Below, piece after piece: positions 54,908-64,000 of a DNA stretch of 64,000 nt. The stretch spans positions 138,562-202,561 of the forward strand of contig NMRA01000516.1 in assembly GCA_002633005.1 (NCBI GenBank), written 5' to 3'. The DNA comes from Phoronis australis. Lineage: Eukaryota > Animalia > Phoronida. The position numbers were made by a program, and so were the translations under genes. The notes below the pieces were generated by a model, which searched no databases, was not told the DNA's origin, and saw only the letters and a list, made by a program, of their open reading frames with translations. How positions within the stretch are numbered: the first letter of the stretch is position 1; each line of letters begins with the position of its first letter.

Positions 54908-57714
54908 ATGAAATTTTCACTGTTTTGCACAACTTTGTTGCTGACAACAGCCCAAGTATCTGGTAATACAAAATATGTTTATCAAACAGGTAAGAAAAGT
55001 CTAAATGTGTACATCCAAATGAAGAAGGAATATTGAAGTCATTAAAAATAGTTCGAAATCTTTAACAAAGATAGGCATTGATGGTGACTGGATGTTTCAA
55101 TTGTAAGATTATGAGAAGCTTAACCCTATCAACAAGTCTGTAAAACTGTAAAATTCAAATCTTCAATACTTTCTGAAAATGCAAAGCAGACAGAATTTTA
55201 AGATAATATCTCTATGTTAGTCTCCCATAGTGTGGGTCACATGACAAAAGGCTTTTTCAGAAAGATTAGGTACATAACAATACAGCTGGCTTTGTTCTGA
55301 CCATACTACTTTAATCACTGTCACTGGTTTCCATATTATCTTTTCATTTTTAAGTTTTAAGCAGCACTGTTTTCTTCATAAAATTAAAAAGTTCCAAGAT
55401 CTTTTTTGAAAGCGCCTTTTATAAAGGTAAAACATTTTAAAGAGAACCCCTAAAAGAGTTTTGGAAAACAGTGCATTTAATAATAGTATATCATAAATTC
55501 AGACAAATTTCATAACTAAAGATACATGCAAGAAGCATAACCTGTAATTTCATTTTCTTGAATTGCCATCAACTCGTAGGTTAATAACGTCCATGCCAGG
55601 GTAATTGCCCAGGGCCCCCTGCCAACTTTCAATGTAAGCAGTCACTGTTCAGACAATCGCCCATCCCCCACTTTGCGCAAATTTCAACTTCTCGGGTATT
55701 ACCCATCTCCAACTTACCGCTAACAGAACTTGAGCCCAAACTCGTGCTTTTGTTCGCAGCTTTGCCTCAGGCCCAGACTTCCGTGTTTGCAGGAAACACA
55801 GCATGCTTACCTATGATAGTCTCGAATAGCCATTTGTGCAATAACTTAAGTGCTGCAACTACCTTTACTTAGACTTATTAGCTGGTCTCGTGTTAAATTA
55901 ATATAGGCCAACATAGTAGATTTTTGTCGAACTGCCGCTTTTCTGCTAGATTAGTCATCAGAGTTATTCCCGTGAGCAAATTACATCCACAGAGCACATG
56001 ATTTTGCTCAATTTATCTCCCATGTCATTTCAGATCTGAATCGAGCAATTTAACACACCCCTCTCCTTGCAATTGCCCAAATGGAGAACATGATTTTGTT
56101 AAATTTATATCCCGCGTCAACCCAGATTTGAATAGAGCAATTACTCATACACCTCTCATTGCAATTGCAAAGTTAAGACCAACCCCGGATCCAATCGTCT
56201 GTTTTAATCTAGGTAACGAAATGGTAGTCACATTCACTGATCTGAAACAGTACTTGTTGATAGTTGGTAAGAGGACTGCCATTCAAGTTTCATAAAGTTA
56301 TGCGGTATGACATTTTGATGCACGGTAGTATATTTGAAAACATCTGAATTTTTAGTGACAGTCTTGCAAAAATTACCCTTTCAAAGTCAAAATCCTGTTT
56401 CTGTTTGTGATGTGAGAAACTGTGGTAGTCGGGTTGCGCTGAATAACTAAACTTACAAGTTCCATGCTCAAACGAACACTCAGCGCTTACTCAGTTTGGC
56501 TAAAATTTGGATGTAAGCGGCCACTGCTTGGGTAATTGCCCACCCCTTAACTTTTACCAATTTTCGGTGTTTCAGCACCCATTCCTTGAGTAATCGTCCA
56601 CCCCATCTCAGGGTTTCCCAATTTAAGCGACCAGGGCTCACGAGTTAACCTGTATGTGATTCAATTGTGTGGAATAAGATCTGCAATTAAGGGTAGAAAT
56701 GACTATTCTACATTCCTTGTAAATGTTTGAGGGTTGACAAGACAAACAGACCACAACTTTCTTCCAAATGTTTATTTGACTTAGAGCTAAAATGTCCAAC
56801 AATAGTTTTGAATAGGCATTATAAAAAGTGCCGTTAAAGTCACTAAATCTACTGTCTGAGCTTAACTTGAATTGTGTCAAACTTCCAAAAATGTGCTCAT
56901 TTCTCTCATAGATGAATACACGGCTCCTACAGAATGTAACCCCGCATGTAAAGTCATTGGAGAAACCAGCAAATGTGAAGATGTCAGAGTAAAACTTGTA
57001 TGCCCTGGATCATGCAATCCTTGCAGCAGTCAAATTCCCATGAAAAATGGCAGACAGGACACTCGTAAACAAGCAACATCAAATCATGTAGACAGTAGCC
57101 ACAGTCTCCATTCACGGGTGCGACGAGGTTCATGTAGAGATCATGACTTGGTAAAATGCATCATTGCAAGAGTAAAGAAGGAGTGTTGGCAGCCGCAGAA
57201 ACGCAAACTGTGTCCAAAATCCTGTAACAACTGCAAAAGCAATTTAAGAACAACAGTTTCCACGACAACAGCAAAAGTAAAAAAACTCACAACTCGAGCA
57301 CCAACGAGAAGAATGAGAAGCACAAGACCAACCACCAAAGCTACAACTATGAAGTATGTGACAACTTCACCAACAATCCCTTTGACCACAAAACAACAGA
57401 CCAGTATGCATTCAATGAAGGCAACTAGCAACCCTACTGTCTGCGAAGACAGTGACAGCAATAGGTGTCATGCTTGGTCAGTAATGAACCTGTGCAGTGA
57501 CAACCTGATAGGCACATCTGTTCAACACAAGTGCCCTCGCAGCTGTGGCCTTTGTGTCTCAACTGTAACAAGAAAGCCAATGCCCACATCTGCCCAGGGA
57601 TGCCAGGACCAAGCCCAGTACTGCCAATACTGGTCCCAAAAAATGTTGTGTACTGACACATTGACGGGACAGGCTATACAACAACAGTGTCCAAAGAGTT
57701 GTGGACTGTGCTAA
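54908..57714 (+). CDS. Secreted 4xShK protein (gene E, ~294 aa)
   Basis: Signal exon 54908-54989 (MKFSLFCTTLLLTTAQVSG) plus exon 56912-57714; RVRR precedes the second ShK domain. Confidence 0.85.
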
Positions 57715-58442
57715 TAGGTGGAGCTAACGGTCATGTATTGAGCAAATGGAATTTCAACTGATTGAAGTCATTGAGAACATCACATTTAATTTAGTTTGCC
57801 TGTAAAGGACTATAGGTGTTAAGTGAGTTCTAAATTGTTCGTGTGTTTCACTGATTGTATTTTGATTGTTTTCTGCAAAATGAACGAACTATTTCTCCCT
57901 TGAGAGCTTCCTGTTCCAGTAATATAGCGAAAACTTGTGGTACAAACTATTAGAGATGAATTATCAGAGATAGATAAGACTGTGTACAATGACAGGCTCC
58001 ATGAATAAAATAAGACTGTGTACAATGACAGGCTCCAAGAGTGGTTTGGCTATGTGAATAACATTACTACAAGTAACAAATTATTGTCCCAGGTTGTAGG
58101 AGCCATGGGCATTGAACACACGGGATAGTCGGATATGATACGTTTATTTTCAACAAGGTTGACGTTATGCTTACTGTCCGACAAGGCCGGTTTCACTGAA
58201 ACAAATATAACGAATAATAAGTCTTTGGAAATACAGCGTTCACGTTACAATACAATAAAGATATTCCACGTAATACAGCATGGGCTAATTAAACAGTCTT
58301 ACACAATACGAGAAACAGCCAGTGAATTCTACGGTAATATGCGGAAAAATAGTATAAACTTACAATGATATAGGCTCTAGGCTCCATAAAAACATCGTTA
58401 GCGTTGTACGCGTTACCAGTATAGCGGTTCATGTCAAGAAGG

Positions 58443-58737
58443 NNNNNNNNNNNNNNNNNNNNNNNNNNNNNNNNNNNNNNNNNNNNNNNNNNNNNNNNNN
58501 NNNNNNNNNNNNNNNNNNNNNNNNNNNNNNNNNNNNNNNNNNNNNNNNNNNNNNNNNNNNNNNNNNNNNNNNNNNNNNNNNNNNNNNNNNNNNNNNNNNN
58601 NNNNNNNNNNNNNNNNNNNNNNNNNNNNNNNNNNNNNNNNNNNNNNNNNNNNNNNNNNNNNNNNNNNNNNNNNNNNNNNNNNNNNNNNNNNNNNNNNNNN
58701 NNNNNNNNNNNNNNNNNNNNNNNNNNNNNNNNNNNNN
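58443..58737. other. Assembly gap
   Basis: Run of N. Confidence 1.
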
Positions 58738-58740
58738 TTA

Positions 58741-60132
58741 CCGTATTCGCCGTAATAACCGCCCATGCCCCTATAAGCGCCCCCCCACGCGTTTGCAGAC
58801 TTTGCTGGAATAAGCGCCCAGTCCATGACGTACCTTCAGTCCTAAAACTTGGCTACAGTAACGTCTTCAATTTATCAAAAAAGGTCTTCCAGACCACCAG
58901 CGGCACTGCTACGTTTGTATTTAGCCGTGACTATACACTTCAAAGTAACACAGCGCTTCAAAAAGAACGCAACAGCGTTGCTACTTTCGCGACGACCGTG
59001 TCCCACTATGGTCTGACCTTACAGTACACATCGACTGTCTCATGAATAAAAATAACTCGGTGTTGAACGCACGTGGCCAGAAAGCGCGCGCTACATATAT
59101 GAACCTAGCTGTCATCAAAGACATTAGTCGAGAACTATCCATTCATGAAACGGGTAGCATAGCATCGGTAAGAAATGAATATTGGCCCTAATTTCCGACA
59201 ATTTCTAATACTATAAAACATGTTTGCGTTATTTTTTAGATGGATTGTTTGATTAACCATAATTGGTGTTTTTAAGCCGAATATCGAATAAAACGACAAC
59301 CGACAGCGAATGCTTACACACCCTTACACCGAAAAATAACTGTCAGAACAGTTACGTACGCATCCAGCTACACGGCGACTAATATGGGTCTTACCGAAAC
59401 AAATGTCGAACGTTTTTAGCACGAGACCGACAAGTGCTGAATGAAACACGCTCTGGTTTAGGCCTACTGCTTGTGCAAATTTCTTTAGACACAATGCACA
59501 TCTAGCTCGTTAGATTGCGTGGCTCTGGCCAAAAGACGGTCTCTGCTTTGTCAAATGAACTCTGGTTACACGCACGCGCTCGCTTACTCGCCGACGAACT
59601 TCAAAACAAACGTCACGTGGCAACAACATGTGTGTTCGTCCAGACATTTTTCTCGCCGTGTTGCCGATCATACATGTAGATGGCACGATGTTGCGCAGAT
59701 TTGTACTTAAAACTGCCGTAAATCTAGACTCCACGGGAACTTAAAAAAGTCATAGGGACGCTACTTAGAAAACTTAATGAGGATTTGTGGTAATTTGCTT
59801 CAGTCGAAACTATTTTTATTCAAGCATTGAAGTCGCCATATCGAAGACGGCGATTTTGAGGCCGTCAGTCTGCGAGTTTTCGCTCTGGGATTTCAGCACG
59901 ATTTTCTGTAAAATGGTCGTAATTTAGCAGCAAAGTTTGATAGCAATGCACAACAGTTTTGTTGGAAGTCTTTCATAGATTACAGATACGTCAGAGAACG
60001 TAAATTTGATGAATCTTAGCTTCCGATTTCACCCGTTTCGGAGACCGGGTTTCAACCGCCTTGGGTTAAAATAAGCGCCCCCTTGAACCGAACTTTTCTA
60101 AGCGCCCTGGGCGGTTATTACGGCGAATACGG
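58741..60132. mobile_element. Second (inverted) copy of the Tc2-like element
   Basis: TA-CCGTATTCGCCGTAATAACCGCC ... GGCGGTTATTACGGCGAATACGG-TA; the interior is homologous to 42813-44171. Confidence 0.88.
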
Positions 60133-60134
60133 TA

Positions 60135-61684
60135 CTAAATTTAGTAAAGATCCTGCTGTGGGTTTAAGAGATACAACTATGGGTGCAAAACAAAACTACC
60201 ACTAGGAGGAGCCACAGTAATCAGTCACCATCATCAAAGGTTGTCTTCATACTGAGAACATATATCCCAATTTTCAAATGTTTTGGTTGATACAGGGATG
60301 GAAACCAAAAACAAGATTTGAAAACAGCAAAAGTGGCCACTAGGTGGTGCAAAATACCTCGATTCCATCCAAAAACAGGCAGATGGCATCATCACACCAA
60401 TAGATGCCTACATTTAAAATTTTATGAAAATCTGTTGAGGACCTTTGAAAATACTGTGTTAAATGTAAAAAACTAAAATTGACACTAGGGGGCACAGCAG
60501 TAGTCAAATCTGTCTGAAAGTCGTCGTCATCCGTAGTCATGTCAACATCACATAAATACACTTGCTAAATTAAGTAAAGATCCTGCAAATGGTTTAGGAG
60601 ATACAGCCATAGGCGTAACAAAAACAAAAGTACCACTAGGAGGCGGCACAGTAGTCCAAATCATCGGAAAATCATCGTCAACCATGTCATCTCACTAATA
60701 GGTGCCTACATATCAAATTTCATAAAAATCTGTTAAGGACTTTTGAAGATACAAAGGTAAACATAAAAAAATAAAATTGCCACTAGGGGGCACACCGGTA
60801 ATCGGATCTGTCCAAAAGTCGTCATCGTCCGTTGTTAATATCATATAAATATACTTACAAAATTTTGTAAAGATCCTGCGAACGGTTTNTATCGTCAACC
60901 GTCCTCTACATAGTAAGCACATACATGCCAATTTTCACAATCATCCTTTGAGCGGTTTGGTTGATAGAGGCGTCACAGTAGTCCAAATCGTCGGAAAATC
61001 ATCGTCAACTGTCCTCTTCATAGTAAGCACATACACGCCAATTTTCACAATCATCCTTAAAGCGGTTTGGTCGATAGAGGGGTGGACGCAAAAAAATAGA
61101 CTTGAAAACGGTAAAAATGGCCACTAGGTGGCGCAAACTACATCAAATTCATCCGAAAACGGCAGGATAGCGTCATCTCACTACTAGGTGCCTACATACC
61201 AAATTTCATGAAAATCCGTTCAGGACTTTTGAAGATACAAAGGTAAGCGTAAAAAACTAAAATTGCCACTAGGGGGCACACCGGTAGTCGGATCCGTCCG
61301 AAAGTTCGCACATGCCGTCCCACTCATGAATGGAACACATGTGCCAAATTTCATGAACGTATGTCAAAGGGTTTTGGAGATAGTGCAGCGGACGCCGGAC
61401 GCCAGACGCCGGACGCCGCCCGGACGGACGGACGGACGGACAGAGATGACGGCATAATGCGTCCACATATTAATATGTGGGTGCATAAAAATTGCCACTA
61501 GGGAGCACACCGGTAGTCGGATCCGTCCGAAAGTTCGCTCATGCCGTCCCATTCATGAATGGAACATATACATGTATGCCTAATTTCATTAACGTATGTC
61601 AAAGGGTTTTGGAGATAGAGCAGCGGACGCCGGACGGACGCCGTCCGAACGGACGGAGATGACGGAGATACGGGCGCATAAAAA
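60135..61684 (+). mobile_element. Helentron-associated/pearl-like repeat array
   Basis: ~145-bp subunits, (GGAC)n at ~61420-61441, hairpin at 61457-61486, then a second short terminal unit. Confidence 0.7.
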
Positions 61685-63074
61685 TCATAGGGAGGAGGTA
61701 GGTTGAATGGTCCTGGCAAACATTGTGACTTGGAAATGTGCGACTAGTTTTTTTAACGCATAAGATAGGAAATGTTAAAATAACAACCCTATTAATTGGC
61801 AAAAGACGGCCACGTCCACTTTCAACAATGAAAGTAGTTTTTAAGTCGCCAAGTTCTCAAACCCTTTACTTGATTCTGGGGCTACGTGCACAACATATGA
61901 TCCGTCTGTCACGTGCTCTTGCCAATGTAAAGTGTAGGCCTACTCCAGCGATTCAAGATTGTGAACTCACGTGTGCGCACCACTCCAAAGCTGCACATCA
62001 ACAGAGAACAGTCCTAAATGAAAGAGTATACCGGCTGGACTCTGGTAAGCACCCGACATAGGCGGCACACCATAGGGGGCTGGGGGGCTATGGCCCCTCA
62101 CTACAGTGCTGCGCCGAAGGCCTGGTGCCAATGGTACATTTGACAATGAACTTAACAGATTTCAGGTAGTATAAAAGACCCGTTGTTTTACGATATTTCG
62201 TGGGACCGACATAGCTCAGAACTGACATTTTACTGCTCCGATGTTTCCCTGGGTCAATGTTCCCTAAGCCCGATGATCTATACCCAGCTATAGCAACTAA
62301 ACGAGTAGATGCGAAATTGTGGTTAGCGAAATTTTTATTTTTCTCTTCATACACCCCCACCAATTTTTTGCTCCCTAGACCTGACCGCCACTGTAAAATT
62401 TTCTCCAATAAAAAGACTCTTGTTCCAGCTAAAGTGGGCAATTAAAAACAAAATAATTCTGGGTGGCTAAAAACGGTACATTGTAGATGGTAATAGTATA
62501 GGTGGTAACGACAGCCAGAAAGTCGCCCCATCTAGATGTAGTTCGACTCGCAGAATCATATTATAATAGCATTTCTTGCCTCAATATGAAAACATGAACA
62601 CAGCTTTGATTTATACTCCCAAAAGAAAGTTACCACTAGTGACATGAGCGTAGTTTTGTGACTGACCTATTTTTGGCGAGCAAACTCACTTACCTGATGG
62701 AAACCTGCACAGAGTCGGCAATTATTTTGAGGCTTTTCATTTCACAGAAAATTAATTGCTGAGTACGTAAACAGCATATAATTTGCACTGAACCCGCGCA
62801 TCCAAATACGTCATTCCACAGGATGTTTTTTAAAAGTTGAGTTAAAGTTCTTAAGGGCAATCTAGTTCAAAAACTTAACAATACAGTAGTATGTAACATG
62901 GCATAATGTTCACATCCTTTCTGTCATCAAACTAAAAGCCTATTTGAGTACAATTTTGTACCTCGGCCGAGATCAGAAAATCGACTATTCCCGTCCATTT
63001 CTGTGACCTGAGTTCCTGTCCATCAGTTCAGGAACGATTAATGAATGACGATCATGTTGTCATATGAAAAAATA

Positions 63075-63365
63075 TTGACAACACCGTCAGCGTAAATGCG
63101 TTGTTTAACTTTGTTTGGGTGCTTTTGATTCTCATTTTGGATCTTTTATACAAACTTAATTATTTATTGTCCAAATTTTACCTGTTTTCTGCATATGATG
63201 AATGGTATGTCATGTTGCCTTTGAAAACGTATTGACATCACCGTGAGTGTAAATGCGTTGTTACTTTGTTCAGTTGTTTTTTTATTACCATTTTGGTTCT
63301 TTTTACACACACTTGTATATTTATTGTCCAAATTTTACCTGTTCTTTGCATATGACGAATGGTAT
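63075..63365. repeat. Diverged ~160-bp tandem duplication
   Basis: TTGACA.CACCGT.AG.GTAAATGCGTTG...TTTATTGTCCAAATTTTACCTGTT...GAATGGTAT twice. Confidence 0.8.
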
Positions 63366-64000
63366 TAATGCATAATCATAAGTTTGTGAAGTACGTCACA
63401 TCTCCCGCAGCCAACAGTCGGCTCCTGAGGTCTGCCCCAACTCACCGCGAGAATACGTCAAATGAGAACCTGTTTAGGTAATAAATTAGAGAAAAAAACT
63501 GGGGTGAGCAATTGCCGTGTGACTACCGGACGTGTGAGCGCAATGCATACTTGGTAGCAAATCGGCACCAGCTTTACTGGCGTATAAAAATGTCAAATAG
63601 AAAAAATCCTTACACAGAAATGTTTCAACAAACAAAAACAAGTTTTATCTCATAACAGTGAGCTACACATCTCAATTTCAATAATGAGCACTTGTGCTTC
63701 ATTTTGCTGTGCAGGCACAATAACTGGCCAATTCACTTGCTAAATTGGCTTCGATTTTCCATTACCAGAGAAAATATATTTCAAAACATGACAAATCTTG
63801 GGGGGGGGGTGTAGTCAAAGAGCTAAATGTCGAAGGTGGGAAAATATTGCAGTGTTAGGAGCATGCTGCAGAATTTCTTAATCTCTTTGTCATACGAATT
63901 TCACTCCTTCAAGGCCCGGATAGCTAATTAATGTGTTCATCTTGCCCTGCACAACACAGATGTCAGTGCACAGCAAACCAGGCGGTCCAACTATGCCGGA

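Noticed and set aside
58431-59045. ORFs spanning 58431-59045
   Set aside because: Artefacts of the N gap and the adjacent MITE.

Overview
Eukaryotic DNA, probably a marine invertebrate: AT-rich, with spliceosomal introns and an assembly gap at 58443-58737. The left ~21 kb is a giant terminal-inverted-repeat (TIR) DNA transposon whose left end runs off the window. Position 1 pairs with 20066; the outer 328 bp are ~98% identical and patchy homology continues to ~900/19160. It carries two intact, intron-rich, head-to-head genes reconstructed by hand. One is a 9-exon, ~817-aa Sola-like DDD transposase with an AT-hook, a CxxC..H..H motif and a C-terminal Tudor/SH3-like barrel (7900-18850 +). The other is a 6-exon, ~637-aa protein with a ParB/sulfiredoxin-like N-terminal domain and an acidic tail (7524-1479 -). 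The TIRs hold arrays of palindromic repeats. The rest of the window is a cluster of five secreted multi-ShK-domain genes. Three carry an LDLa module, two of them followed by a Sushi domain; the third appears to be interrupted by the transposon. The cluster is interspersed with MITEs and bracketed by Helentron/pearl-like repeats full of CTCF-consensus motifs. Family names come from motif recognition, not database searches.
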